A stretch of DNA of 64,000 nt, taken from Candidatus Nomurabacteria bacterium. Lineage in GTDB: Bacteria; Patescibacteriota; Minisyncoccia; Phycocordibacterales; UBA9973. The notes below the pieces were generated by a model, which did no database searches, was not told the DNA's origin, and worked only from the letters and a program-made list of their open reading frames with translations. Location: assembly GCA_026396015.1 (NCBI GenBank), contig JAPLXP010000002.1, forward strand, positions 5,502-69,501. The letters run 5' to 3'. Position numbers and translations under genes: made by a program. Below, piece by piece: positions 20,075 through 30,556 of the stretch (the stretch's first letter is position 1; each line of letters opens with the position of its first letter).

Positions 20075-20498
20075 TTAAATGCCCTGGATGATAACCTGCG
20101 TCAGCAATATATTCTTCTTTTTTTTCACCTTCTTCTGGAGTCATCAATTCATCTTTTTTGGAAAGCGTCTTTTCTAGCCAGATTTTATACAATTCACTCG
20201 TATAGACAGATGCAGTCGTCACAAACATTGGTACATCATAAGAATGAAGTCCTTCCAAAAATCCAATCAACTTTTCTGATAGTTCTTTTTGTGTTGTGAT
20301 CATGAGCATATATTGATCTACATCTTCGAGTACCCCATTCCATGGATACACTGATTCAATTGCCCAAAAATCTCCACATACTGCGAGATTGTTTTCTACC
20401 GCTGAACGAGCGAGACTCCTAGCCTCATCTGCATCACTACATGTCGTATATACAAAAACTGTATCTTTTATATTAGGATCTATTTTATCTGTAATCAT
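20070..20498 (-). CDS. CutA1 divalent-cation-tolerance family protein
   Basis: VFVYTTCSD..EA..LA...VE..LAVCG ... SVY.W.G ... HSYDVP matches the CutA pattern. Start set at MITDK. Confidence 0.65.
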   Translation of the reverse strand: MITDKIDPNIKDTVFVYTTCSDADEARSLARSAVENNLAVCGDFWAIESVYPWNGVLEDVDQYMLMITTQKELSEKLIGFLEGLHSYDVPMFVTTASVYTSELYKIWLEKTLSKKDELMTPEEGEKKEEYIADAGYHPGHLK

Positions 20499-20514
20499 AT
20501 ATAAATTATAACTC

Positions 20515-21741
20515 TTAATCTTTTTTATACAATAAAATAAAAAACACACCAGATAATATTATAGTCAAAGCGGCTATCAACAATGGAGTAGTCGGTGCGA
20601 GTGCAGCAGCGATGAACCCTGAGAGTATTGCTGGTATAGCTTGGGCTAGTGCCTGCACAGAAGAGCTAATACCCATGATTTCCCCTCTTTGATCAGCGGG
20701 TGCAGATTTTGAAAGCAGACTATTGATATTTGCCATTGTGAGTCCTGTACACACAGAGAAAAATGGAGGGATCAAAAGTAGCTGCCAAGTGTGATTTGGA
20801 AGAAAGTATGCCAATACCATGAACCCTGCACCAGATAGTGAGTATTTCAATATCTGCGGCTCAGTAAATTTCTTTGAAAATGCACGAGTTAGCACTGCTT
20901 GAGTAAACACACTCCAGATACCTACATAGGCAAAGAAGTCTCCGATATTACCTTGAGTAAAAGAAAATTTATTGATCAGGAATACACCAAAGAAAGTAGT
21001 GAAAAATGTAAAACCTCCAAAGAATAAAAAGTTTGTAAAGAATAATGCACTCATACCCTTCATCTGCATCGCACGCTTTATGTTTGATATTGATTTACCC
21101 CAAGTCAAATCTTCTGTTCGTAAATTTTTATTTGTCTCAGGTACTAGGAACAATACAGACAACATATTCACAAAAGCCAAGAATGCAGCAAAATAAAATG
21201 GTACAGCAGCAGTAAACCAAGACACGACTGATGGATCAGACAATTTACCTCCTATATATGGTCCAAATATAAAACCAAGACCAAATGCTGCACCTAGCAT
21301 TCCAAAATTCTTTGCTCTATTCTCTGGAGTAGATACATCCCCTATCATAGCCTGAGCGATAGAGATATTTCCACCAGTGATACCATCGAAAAATCTTGAA
21401 GCAAATAGCAATGGAATATTTTTTGTGATTATAGCTATGGCAAAGAGCACGTATGATATTGCAGTACCTAGTAGCGCTATGCTGAGTATCTTCCTTCTTC
21501 CGTATTTGTCAGACAACTGCCCTAGTATAGGTGTAGCTATGAACTGACCGATAGGATAAACAGCTATCAGCAATCCGAGCAGCATATATCCCTGATTCAG
21601 AGTGTAGCCAAATGGCAACATATAATCAGTAGATAGAGGGTTTGCAAATAATTGTGGTATGACTGGGATTAAAATACCGACCCCCAATAGATCGATAAAT
21701 ACGGTTAGAAAAATTGTAATTAGTATTTTATTTTTGAACAT
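20515..21741 (-). CDS. MFS transporter
   Basis: 12-TM profile with the MFS loop 2-3 signature ([11 protein letters not shown]). Confidence 0.85.
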   Translation of the reverse strand: MFKNKILITIFLTVFIDLLGVGILIPVIPQLFANPLSTDYMLPFGYTLNQGYMLLGLLIAVYPIGQFIATPILGQLSDKYGRRKILSIALLGTAISYVLFAIAIITKNIPLLFASRFFDGITGGNISIAQAMIGDVSTPENRAKNFGMLGAAFGLGFIFGPYIGGKLSDPSVVSWFTAAVPFYFAAFLAFVNMLSVLFLVPETNKNLRTEDLTWGKSISNIKRAMQMKGMSALFFTNFLFFGGFTFFTTFFGVFLINKFSFTQGNIGDFFAYVGIWSVFTQAVLTRAFSKKFTEPQILKYSLSGAGFMVLAYFLPNHTWQLLLIPPFFSVCTGLTMANINSLLSKSAPADQRGEIMGISSSVQALAQAIPAILSGFIAAALAPTTPLLIAALTIILSGVFFILLYKKD

Positions 21742-21804
21742 TGTTCCACTGTACCACAAATATCGCCAATTCAAAATTGACGATACGATACAGGAGTTAC
21801 TATA

Positions 21805-24800
21805 TTATTCTACAGATGATGTGATAGTTTCTATTGTTTGTTCTGTTGATGGTATTATTGGAATTTCTGCTGGGGATACGACTCCTATTGCTGTTGTATT
21901 TGTAGGGGGGGCTACTTCTGTTACGGGACTTAAATTACTTGATCCCCCTGCCTGCAAAAGTAGTGCTTTGAATTGTTCTTTTGTAGCACAGACATCATCC
22001 ACACAAATTTTATCATCTATATGCAATACTCCTATTGTCATTTCTTTTGCAAAAGTAATTTGATCTTTCAAAAAAGAAACAATAAGTGTTCCCACAGAAT
22101 TTGATTTAGTTAAATCTAAAGATACAACATTTGATAATTTTAAATCTAAATCTTGTATTGATTTCACAAGCAGTGGAGTAAGTCTACCGTAGTCTACCAT
22201 CCATGGGGTAGATTCTGGTCCAAGAGGTACTAGACCATCGTCTCCATTTGTAGATACAGCGTATGGATACACTGTATCTAATTGCTGAGCAATAAAACCT
22301 TGTGTGGAAACATGACTTGAATCATTAATAAAATCAAAATCTACAACCTTTATTTTCAACAAATCATTGAGTCCTTTTGTAGTCAAAGGATTATTTAAAT
22401 CAAAATTTTCCTTCAAGCGAGCATCTGATGTTGTATTGTATGCAATAGTAGTAGCAGCATTTTGAGAAATACTTCCAATAACAGTGGCGTCTGGTCTCTG
22501 GAAGGTAATCATTTCTGATGAAGCTACTCCTGTATTATTACCTGCTAAAACAAGTAGTCCGTTGTTTTGAGTTACACCACCAAGAGTATTCGCGATTCTT
22601 GCTGTATGTGTACCTGCAGCTGGAGTATTGGTGACATGCAATCTATTTAAAATACTTCCACCATTTGTACCTATTCCTACATTTGCATTCGCATCAAAAT
22701 TCATAACATTAGTAGCACTACCAGATAATTGGAAGGCCAACTCAGCAGAATTACCTTTTACGGTATTAACTTTAACGGTAGACCCCGTAATACTACTAAC
22801 TGCCCAAAAATTAGTAGCATGAACATCACCAGAAACATTTAATTTATAACTGGGATCATAAAGACCTATTCCAACATTGCCATTAAAATAGGAAGGAGCT
22901 GTTGTCGCATTATAAAAAGCAAAACTTGTACCTGTCACAGTCGGCATTCCTGAAACATACACTCCATAACTGTTTACCACAGTACCACTTCCTCCGTTAT
23001 TAGAATTTGATACGTATAATCCATATTGATTGGTCACAGGGTTTATTGTCATATTTCTTGTTCTCAACTGAACACCATAAAGATTATCAACTGTTATGTT
23101 TTCACCGGTATTTCCAGCATCAGCAAAAATACTTGAACCAATAGCAGAACCCGTAGTACTATTGGTGGTTTTTTGATATTGCATAAAAAAGCCAACATTA
23201 GATGTATTTAAACCTGTATCTTGTGAATTAAATTGAATAAACCTACTACTCAATGCCCCAGACCGAACTGAATTTACATAGAGAGTAGAAGCAGTATTAT
23301 TATTATCCACATTATTTAAATACATATTACCTGCTGAATCAACTTTTAATTTACTTACACCATATGTCTGCATATTAAATAAATCCCCCACATAACCATT
23401 TGACTCATTTATTGCAAATGATGTACCAGAAGATGATCCGACAAAATGACCTGAGGATGTCCCATCAAACAGTCCACTACCGAGTGATACAGTTCCATAA
23501 CTACTAGAACTAGAAGAAGCATTAATATGTAATTCAGAAACAGGATCAGTAGAACCTAAGCCAATATGACCAAGTCTATCAATAGTCATGGCTGTATTAT
23601 TAATACCAGAACCATACGTATTTGTGGTACCAAATTGTAATTTACTTCCACCACCAGTTTGAATTGAAGCAATTCTAGATGAAGCGCTAGTTTCGTTTAC
23701 ACCACCCTGAAAATCAATTGTTGTGTAATTATTTGTACCAGAGATATTTCTAAGAAGAAGTGTACCAAAACCTGTCCCAGTAAAAGACGTGCGAGGTGTA
23801 CTCTCTTGTATTTGGAATTTTGTAACTGGTGTTGTAGTTCCAGCCCCGATATTCCCATTTCCTAAAACAGAAAATATTTTTCCTCCAACTAAAGAATATG
23901 GGGAGTAACTATTTGAATTAGTCCATGTGGTATCTGTTGTGAGACTCGTACTTGAATTAATTGCTGAAATTGTATGAGTCTCTCCATTTACTGTTATTGT
24001 GTCCCCTACTTTAAATGTATTAAAAAACAATGTGCCAGTATTACTTCCTGAGTTGCCTGTGACAGTCGCACTCCCTGAAACAGTATTTACAGTTCCTGGG
24101 CCAGTAGTACTTTGGCCAACTTGAAAGTTTGTATCTGGAGAAGAAGTCCCCACACCAACAACTTTATTTTGAGATACAGTCAAAATTGAATTTACATCAA
24201 GCAATCCAGCTGGACTATTGGTTCCAATACCAACATTTCCACTCACAATCATTCCGTTTAAAGGAGAAGCATTCACTCCGGCATAGCTACCAACAGACAT
24301 ACCACCATTTATATCAAATTTGGAAAGTGGACTTATTCCGACTCCAACTTTTCCTAATAACAAAGAATCTCCACTTGAATTCAAGGCAGAACCTACAACA
24401 GGACTAAATGTAGCAGTATTGTATATAAGTGTCCCAACTGCTTCATATCCAGCAGTATTAAGATGAATATTGTCCCCTGAATCATATTCAATTTTCAATG
24501 CATTAGGATTTTCAGAATCAACAAGAGCGGAGTAAGCATCTACTCGATAGTCAACATTGCGGGCGCTATTTTTAATCCAAGTATTTACATTATCAACAAC
24601 ACCTTGCCTTTGTATTGTCCAATAAGTACTTCCTTTCCAAGGGGTTATAGTAACAGCAATCACTTTCAATCCTGCAGCAGAAGCAGAGTCATACATAGCT
24701 TGCAAATTTTCCTCTATAATAGAAGCTGTAACATTACCTGAAGCATCATTTACCCCACCCCAAACAATCACATACTCAGCATCAGAATGAGAAGTAACAT

Positions 24801-25320
24801 CACTATTAAAACGTGCCAGCATTTGTCCTGTACCCTGACCAGGAATACCTTTATTATTTTCAGCCCAAGAAGAACCAAGTAAGGAAATTAATTTATTTTC
24901 ATAAACTCCACCGCTAGCAATATTACTATTACTGTAAGTCAAACTATCCCCCATCGAATATATCTGATGAGGTGAATTAAATTTATTTGAGGCTACAATA
25001 GATAATTTATTAGTTGGGCTATTTGTTCCTATACCCAATCTTCCATTAGTCGAATCCCAATACAACGAAGATGCCCATGCTGGATTGGTGCCATTGGTAT
25101 AGAAGAGTTTTCCTGCATTTCCTGTCTGATCAGGGAGAAGAGAAACATAACAAGTCGCATCGCTTGGAGGACAACTTGGATTTGTGATATGGTCAGCAGG
25201 ATAATAAACAGCGTAAACTTTTATTGCAGTGTAATTTGTGAATGAAAATACTGCCAATACAATAAATATACGAGTTAAAACATATTTGAATTTTTTCATT
25301 GACACAGTTTGTTTACTCAT
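21805..25320 (-). CDS. giant secreted surface protein: N-terminal SGNH/GDSL esterase domain, long Gly/Ser/Thr-rich region (possibly beta-helix), C-terminal intramolecular-chaperone (Peptidase_S74-type) domain
   Basis: Signal peptide; GDSL block MGDSLTYS; catalytic DNIHLN (DxxH). C-terminus TSDARLKENF...GFIAQQLDTVYPYAV matches the autoproteolytic chaperone domain of phage tail-spike/endosialidase proteins. Confidence 0.7.
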   Translation of the reverse strand: MSKQTVSMKKFKYVLTRIFIVLAVFSFTNYTAIKVYAVYYPADHITNPSCPPSDATCYVSLLPDQTGNAGKLFYTNGTNPAWASSLYWDSTNGRLGIGTNSPTNKLSIVASNKFNSPHQIYSMGDSLTYSNSNIASGGVYENKLISLLGSSWAENNKGIPGQGTGQMLARFNSDVTSHSDAEYVIVWGGVNDASGNVTASIIEENLQAMYDSASAAGLKVIAVTITPWKGSTYWTIQRQGVVDNVNTWIKNSARNVDYRVDAYSALVDSENPNALKIEYDSGDNIHLNTAGYEAVGTLIYNTATFSPVVGSALNSSGDSLLLGKVGVGISPLSKFDINGGMSVGSYAGVNASPLNGMIVSGNVGIGTNSPAGLLDVNSILTVSQNKVVGVGTSSPDTNFQVGQSTTGPGTVNTVSGSATVTGNSGSNTGTLFFNTFKVGDTITVNGETHTISAINSSTSLTTDTTWTNSNSYSPYSLVGGKIFSVLGNGNIGAGTTTPVTKFQIQESTPRTSFTGTGFGTLLLRNISGTNNYTTIDFQGGVNETSASSRIASIQTGGGSKLQFGTTNTYGSGINNTAMTIDRLGHIGLGSTDPVSELHINASSSSSSYGTVSLGSGLFDGTSSGHFVGSSSGTSFAINESNGYVGDLFNMQTYGVSKLKVDSAGNMYLNNVDNNNTASTLYVNSVRSGALSSRFIQFNSQDTGLNTSNVGFFMQYQKTTNSTTGSAIGSSIFADAGNTGENITVDNLYGVQLRTRNMTINPVTNQYGLYVSNSNNGGSGTVVNSYGVYVSGMPTVTGTSFAFYNATTAPSYFNGNVGIGLYDPSYKLNVSGDVHATNFWAVSSITGSTVKVNTVKGNSAELAFQLSGSATNVMNFDANANVGIGTNGGSILNRLHVTNTPAAGTHTARIANTLGGVTQNNGLLVLAGNNTGVASSEMITFQRPDATVIGSISQNAATTIAYNTTSDARLKENFDLNNPLTTKGLNDLLKIKVVDFDFINDSSHVSTQGFIAQQLDTVYPYAVSTNGDDGLVPLGPESTPWMVDYGRLTPLLVKSIQDLDLKLSNVVSLDLTKSNSVGTLIVSFLKDQITFAKEMTIGVLHIDDKICVDDVCATKEQFKALLLQAGGSSNLSPVTEVAPPTNTTAIGVVSPAEIPIIPSTEQTIETITSSVE

Positions 25321-25324
25321 ATGG

Positions 25325-26248
25325 TTATTGCATTAAATTTTTAATAAATTGATAAAAGCTTAGCGGAGTTGATTTGATATAATTTACAATTATACGAAAC
25401 CACGATTTTTTACTAAAATTGACATCTTGGGGTATTTCATTTTTCTCTGTAGTATTTTTAGGTTTAGTAATCTTTGGAGGCTGTTCGGGTGGAATAAATG
25501 AAGATAATATTGGTCCATCTGATATTTTTATTGATGTTTTTTTTGAATTTGTATTTTTTGTGTTTTTGTTGGTGGGAATTTTATCAATTAAAGCTGTCTT
25601 ATTTTTATTTGGATCTGGGTTTATCTCTGGTGTGATTATTGGGTGTCCACCGCTATTACCCCTTGGTCTGACTGAATATGGGATATAATCAGTCATTGTT
25701 TTAAAATTTATCGCTCCACAAGAATTATCATTACTGCAATTAAAAGAAATATATCCAAAAGATTGCGCCCAAGCATAACCAGCAAAAGTTCCATCAGAAT
25801 TAATTTTAACAGTTTGATCTCCAGCTCCAGTTGGAGCAAAATTTACCCAGCCAGTCTGCGGACCCCAAGCATAACCAGATAAATTACCATATTGATCCAC
25901 AGTCACCTTGTAATCCGAAGAGATACAAGACCCTGGAACATTTGAACAATTATAACTAATCCATCCAGTAGCAGAACCCCACATCCAACCATTTATTTCA
26001 AAATCAAAGATGTTTGCATTTTGTTCAGGTTGTACAGTAAATTTTCCAACATTTATTTCCTTTGAAATATTATTTAATCCACTATTAGTAATAAGATACG
26101 CCCTGTTGTAACCTAGATTAGTTGGATCAAATGTACCATTCGAATTACTGGCAAGGACGGATACAGGAGATATAAAAAGTGTACAAAAAATAAACAAAGA
26201 TATGTGGAAAATAAATTTTTGTTTTTCAGTAGAAAATCTGTATAACAT
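25325..26248 (-). CDS. secreted hypothetical protein with three G[WY]xWxxxxG[WY][IV][SN]F repeats and a Pro/Lys-rich C-terminal tail
   Basis: Signal peptide MLYRFSTEKQKFIFHISLFIFCTLFISPVSVLA. Repeats: GWMWGSATGWISYNC, GYAWGPQTGWVNFAP, GYAWAQSFGYISFNC. Confidence 0.5.
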   Translation of the reverse strand: MLYRFSTEKQKFIFHISLFIFCTLFISPVSVLASNSNGTFDPTNLGYNRAYLITNSGLNNISKEINVGKFTVQPEQNANIFDFEINGWMWGSATGWISYNCSNVPGSCISSDYKVTVDQYGNLSGYAWGPQTGWVNFAPTGAGDQTVKINSDGTFAGYAWAQSFGYISFNCSNDNSCGAINFKTMTDYIPYSVRPRGNSGGHPIITPEINPDPNKNKTALIDKIPTNKNTKNTNSKKTSIKISDGPILSSFIPPEQPPKITKPKNTTEKNEIPQDVNFSKKSWFRIIVNYIKSTPLSFYQFIKNLMQ

Positions 26249-26304
26249 AATAGTATTATACCTTTTTGTATGACAAAAAACAAAAATATGTCTATAATAC
26301 AAAA

Positions 26305-27228
26305 ATGCAAATAGGAACAATGATTTTAACAGTTTTAGGTCTTTGTCTTTTTGAGATAATCTCAAGTATAGACAATGCAGTTATCAATGCCGAAGTATTA
26401 GGGACAATGGGTAAAACGGGTCGTAGATGGTTTTTGACTTGGGGATTTTTCTTTGCCGTATTCGTAGTGCGAGGACTACTCCCATGGATTATAGTTTGGG
26501 CTACAGTGCCGTCTCTCGGACCAATAGGAGCATTTACTGCGACATTCTCCAATGACCCAAGTATTCACAATGCAATCGAGTCTTCATCACCAATACTACT
26601 GATGGGTGGTGGAATATTCTTAATATTTCTATTCTTTCACTGGCTATTCCTCGAACCAAAAAATTTCGGATTACGAGGAGAAAGATTCTTTCAAAAAAAT
26701 GGTGTTTGGTTCTTTGCTGTAGTCTCTATCATCCTATCTATCGTAGTATGGAACACATTAAAGATAAATAGTATGCTAGCTTTTGGAGCAATCATTGGAT
26801 CTACTGCATTTTTTATCACACATGGATTCAAAGAAAACGCTGAAAGAAGTGAGAAGAAATTGCTTTCAGGTGATAACAAAATGAGTGATCTATCAAAGAT
26901 TTTATATCTAGAAATCATAGATACTACATTCTCTATCGATGGAGTGCTCGGTGCATTTGCCTTTACGCTGTCTATACCACTGATTATCATTGGTAATGGA
27001 TTGGGTGCTTTTGTCCTCAGGCGTCTAACAATGCACAATATAGATCGCATAAAAATGTATGCGTACCTGAAGAATGGAGCGATGTATTCTATTGGAGCAC
27101 TCGGTATAATCATGATCGCTGATGGATTCGGTATTCATATTCCAGCATACATCTCCCCTATTATTACTTTTGTTATCATCGGATATTTCTTCTGGAAATC
27201 AAAAATAGCTCTAAATACTAAAATATAA
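26305..27228 (+). CDS. TerC/DUF475-family integral membrane protein
   Basis: EIISSIDNAV motif in TM1, polytopic; an alternative start lies at 26266. Confidence 0.5.
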   Translation: MQIGTMILTVLGLCLFEIISSIDNAVINAEVLGTMGKTGRRWFLTWGFFFAVFVVRGLLPWIIVWATVPSLGPIGAFTATFSNDPSIHNAIESSSPILLMGGGIFLIFLFFHWLFLEPKNFGLRGERFFQKNGVWFFAVVSIILSIVVWNTLKINSMLAFGAIIGSTAFFITHGFKENAERSEKKLLSGDNKMSDLSKILYLEIIDTTFSIDGVLGAFAFTLSIPLIIIGNGLGAFVLRRLTMHNIDRIKMYAYLKNGAMYSIGALGIIMIADGFGIHIPAYISPIITFVIIGYFFWKSKIALNTKI

Positions 27229-27232
27229 AATA

Positions 27233-27270
27233 AAAATATCCCCGGATAAAACCGGGGATATTTTTATTTG
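27233..27270. terminator. bidirectional terminator
   Basis: ATATCCCCGG-ATAAAA-CCGGGGATAT hairpin followed by a T-run. Confidence 0.6.
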
Positions 27271-27274
27271 TATA

Positions 27275-27820
27275 TTATTTCCTAGACATGTATTTATAAT
27301 TTGAAAGAATCAAAATCATAAATACACCCATAGAGAATGCCATCACAGGCATAGTCACATATCCAAATTCATATATATATCGAATTGCACATGACACTTC
27401 AGTAGTACTACCTGTAGAACAGGCCAGATTTGCAGCACCACCATTCTCTACATATATATGGAACAATGAAATCATAGTCCCCACAAAAGCTAATACTAGA
27501 GAATAATCTACAATCATCTTTTCCTTTTTATAAAGTTCCATACCAAATAAAATCACTTGTGGATAAATAAATATTCTCTGCATCCAACACAGTTCACAAG
27601 GAGGAAATCCTACAACACTCGAATAGAACAATGACAAAGCTGTAGCACCCAATGCAGTAAGAAATCCAATAATGAAAGTATAATCATGCAGGAATTTCAA
27701 AAATGCATTGTCTCTTTTTCTAAAAAAAAGAAAATTAGCAACTATAATAAAACAAAATATTTGGAGTGCGATAGTACCTAGGGATAAAATGTAGTTTAAA
27801 TTTTCTACGTATGCAGGCAT
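27275..27820 (-). CDS. disulfide bond formation protein DsbB/BdbC family
   Basis: Four TM helices with a CxxC pair in the first periplasmic loop (PCELCWMQR). Confidence 0.7.
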   Translation of the reverse strand: MPAYVENLNYILSLGTIALQIFCFIIVANFLFFRKRDNAFLKFLHDYTFIIGFLTALGATALSLFYSSVVGFPPCELCWMQRIFIYPQVILFGMELYKKEKMIVDYSLVLAFVGTMISLFHIYVENGGAANLACSTGSTTEVSCAIRYIYEFGYVTMPVMAFSMGVFMILILSNYKYMSRK

Positions 27821-27821
27821 A

Positions 27822-28406
27822 TTACTGAGGAAGTGTAAATTTAATCTGCTCTGCTAAAAAGTTAAGAGGAATTTCTCCTGTAGCAAAAGAACTATTGTCG
27901 AACTTCCATGTACCAGCGGTTACTATCGGATCCTTTACACTTTTAATTGAAAATTTGTAATCTGAAAAAATCCAAGTACGAGCATATGCAGAGTGAACAT
28001 TGGCACAAATATCGGGTTCACCTTTTATTGATTCTCCTGTTGGACTCGCAGCACACACAGTAGGATTCTTGTCAGAAGAAGTAAGTGATATACCATCTTT
28101 AAATCTCCATGATGGGAAACTTTCAATTTTGTTATCTAGACAGATTTGAGTTGTCTTTCTGTCTGCAGTTGAACATTCAACATATGGCAAATACTGTTTT
28201 GCACTACCAAATTCTGCTTTTTGAGCCTGACAATGCGGGCACCAGAATGCACCGAAGAACTCTGCTCCATTACTCTTTAAAGCTTTTGCAAAGTCGTCAT
28301 ATTTACTAGGACCAGCAGCCCTATTAGCAAGAAAACCCAATCCAACAACCAGAATAATAATACCAACAATAGAAACGATAAATATAGCCTGTTTTGATTT
28401 CATCAT
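27822..28406 (-). CDS. membrane-anchored thioredoxin-fold thiol-disulfide oxidoreductase (DsbA/BdbD-like)
   Basis: N-terminal TM anchor and WCPHC active site; immediately upstream of the DsbB-like gene. Confidence 0.7.
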   Translation of the reverse strand: MMKSKQAIFIVSIVGIIILVVGLGFLANRAAGPSKYDDFAKALKSNGAEFFGAFWCPHCQAQKAEFGSAKQYLPYVECSTADRKTTQICLDNKIESFPSWRFKDGISLTSSDKNPTVCAASPTGESIKGEPDICANVHSAYARTWIFSDYKFSIKSVKDPIVTAGTWKFDNSSFATGEIPLNFLAEQIKFTLPQ

Positions 28407-28428
28407 ATATGTATTATATCAAAATTAG

Positions 28429-30552
28429 CTAATTAAAAATAGATACGAAACTCTTAAAAGCATGAGCTATACCACTGAATATACCACCCATAAACTTGTA
28501 AATCTTGTCTGAAACATCAGAGTTAGCAGCACTAGCAGATAGATTTACCTTGCTTGATTGATCTGATGATTTTACTGCATCTTTGTTTTGGATTGTTATT
28601 GTTTTATTTTGTACAACCTGATTAGTCTTTTGAATTTTAGCAATTTCCTTTGTTTTTATTGGAAGAATTTCTTTGTTTGTTATTTCAGGAATTTTTTCAA
28701 CTAAATCATCTTTTTTAACGGTGACTTCCTCTTTTTTAATTTCCTTTTTTATCTCAATTGAGCCGCCGCCAGAAGCAACAATCGGTGTAATATATTTACC
28801 AAAATTATTTAAACTATTACTAAAACTCTTGTGCATTATTGCTGGTATGGCGTAGCTAGTAGACCAAATACGATTAGATATATCGGAATTTATATCCTCC
28901 ATTCCCCCATCTATTTGTTGATTTTTTGCTAAATAATTTTCTGCTCGTGTCACATTCAAGGACAAAGAATTATTTAGACTCATTGCCTGAAGAGCCCAGC
29001 TAGTAGAAAAATTATTACCAAAACCACCGTTTGATTGATTTTGATTTATTATCAAATAATTCTCAGCTCTATTAATCGCATCAGAATTACCTCCATAAAA
29101 TCTTAAAGCTTGAAGGCCAGCAGCAGTCATATCAGCACTATCACTCCAAGATCCATTTGGCAGTTGATGTCCGACAAGATACGATATATCTTTTGATATA
29201 AAATCATCTTCTTGTGTATATCCAGATTTTCCGAGAATTATCAATCCAAAAATATCATCATTGATTAAATTTGCGTCCCCAATCTGAGTACCATCAAAAG
29301 ATTTTACTATTTTATCTATATAGTTAATACTTGTACCATTATAAGGACTAATTCCTAGCGCTGATAGTGCCATAGCATGACGCTCATTGTCTGTAATAAC
29401 ATCTGAGTTGAAAGCATTATTCTGTAAATAATTTTTTAATTTCACAACAAATGGTGCATTGGAAATACCAGCAGAAATAGCAACCCAATCGGTATAGAGA
29501 GTATCACCAAACGAGCCATCTGGATTCTGTTTGCTCAACAAAAAATTATTTGCATTTGATATTGAAAAAGTTGGAACTGGAATTCCACCTCCTCCACCTG
29601 AAGATACAGGCAGTATAGTGATATCCAAAGAATATGGAACATACAGTGTTTTAGATCCGGTAGCTTTAAATGCGCCATCTTCATTCATAATAAGAGAACA
29701 TGTTCCATCTGATACAGTAGAACAAGATTGACCTCCAATTGAGATTACAACATCCGAAGATGGTGTCCAAATCATATTAAAATTTGAATCATAAGTACTC
29801 TTTTCCTCAGCAGTGAATACAATAGTATCACCAATAGTACCAGAATATTTATCTGCAGAAATTTTCAATGGATAAGAATTGTAAGTTAAAACAATTTGCT
29901 CTTCATCCTGTAATATGTGTTGATTTAGTCCAGTAGAACCAGAATTTAAATCTTCATATTTTATTTGATAAAACCAGCCCCAGTATTTTGAATAATCAGA
30001 AGCAGTTGAATAAGTACCAAGCTCGTCCATCCAACCACTTGGTGCATAATCCCAAGTCCAAGTATTTGATAACCCAGATTGTTCTACAGCACATTTACCA
30101 TTGATTGTTCGAATACCACTATTTGGTGATTCTTCGCAAGCATTCACAGTCTCAGTGCCGTCAAACAATACTGCATCCCCCGCATATGCCTTCAGTACTA
30201 TTGTCACAGGAGTCGGGTCTACTATCACTGTCCTCTTTACCTCAACGGCAGAATTTAATGAAAAATCTTTCACATTATAGGAAACAGAATAATGGCCGAC
30301 AGTATTTGTATCTATACTACTAATCGAAATAATATTTGAGGAAATATCACCATCAACATCATCGAGGGCTGTCGCACCTGAATCAACATATACATCACCT
30401 TTATTTATATAAACAATTGAATCCCCTGATAGTGAAATGATTGGGGCCGTAGTATCTAATGGCGGATTAGAAGCTGGCTCTTCTGCCTGAGCAATAGATC
30501 CGATAAAAATAAAAGCTAGTATCAATATTGAGTTTAAAAATTTGTTTTTCAT
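28429..30552 (-). CDS. large secreted protein: signal peptide, Ig-like (DUF5011-type) domain, beta-rich region, then a prenyltransferase/squalene-cyclase-type alpha/alpha-toroid repeat domain
   Basis: Signal peptide MKNKFLNSILILAFIFIGSIAQA. DVDGDISSNII...GHYSVSYNVKD Ig-like block. Four repeats of the Q..DG[SG][FW] type (KQNPDGSFGD, HQLPNGSWSD, NQNQSNGGFGN, NQQIDGGMED). Confidence 0.6.
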   Translation of the reverse strand: MKNKFLNSILILAFIFIGSIAQAEEPASNPPLDTTAPIISLSGDSIVYINKGDVYVDSGATALDDVDGDISSNIISISSIDTNTVGHYSVSYNVKDFSLNSAVEVKRTVIVDPTPVTIVLKAYAGDAVLFDGTETVNACEESPNSGIRTINGKCAVEQSGLSNTWTWDYAPSGWMDELGTYSTASDYSKYWGWFYQIKYEDLNSGSTGLNQHILQDEEQIVLTYNSYPLKISADKYSGTIGDTIVFTAEEKSTYDSNFNMIWTPSSDVVISIGGQSCSTVSDGTCSLIMNEDGAFKATGSKTLYVPYSLDITILPVSSGGGGGIPVPTFSISNANNFLLSKQNPDGSFGDTLYTDWVAISAGISNAPFVVKLKNYLQNNAFNSDVITDNERHAMALSALGISPYNGTSINYIDKIVKSFDGTQIGDANLINDDIFGLIILGKSGYTQEDDFISKDISYLVGHQLPNGSWSDSADMTAAGLQALRFYGGNSDAINRAENYLIINQNQSNGGFGNNFSTSWALQAMSLNNSLSLNVTRAENYLAKNQQIDGGMEDINSDISNRIWSTSYAIPAIMHKSFSNSLNNFGKYITPIVASGGGSIEIKKEIKKEEVTVKKDDLVEKIPEITNKEILPIKTKEIAKIQKTNQVVQNKTITIQNKDAVKSSDQSSKVNLSASAANSDVSDKIYKFMGGIFSGIAHAFKSFVSIFN

Positions 30553-30556
30553 ATAA

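Noticed and set aside
21805-25320. The S74-domain giant protein as part of a prophage
   Set aside because: The flanking genes (MFS transporter, CutA, secreted repeat protein, TerC) are cellular. No capsid, portal, terminase or integrase genes are nearby. It is interpreted as a cellular surface fibre that uses the tail-spike chaperone module.
26266-26304. The earlier ATG at 26266 as the TerC-family gene start
   Set aside because: The 13-codon extension (MYDKKQKYVYNTK) lies before the first TM helix and inside the divergent promoter region. The start at 26305 is preferred, but the alternative cannot be excluded.
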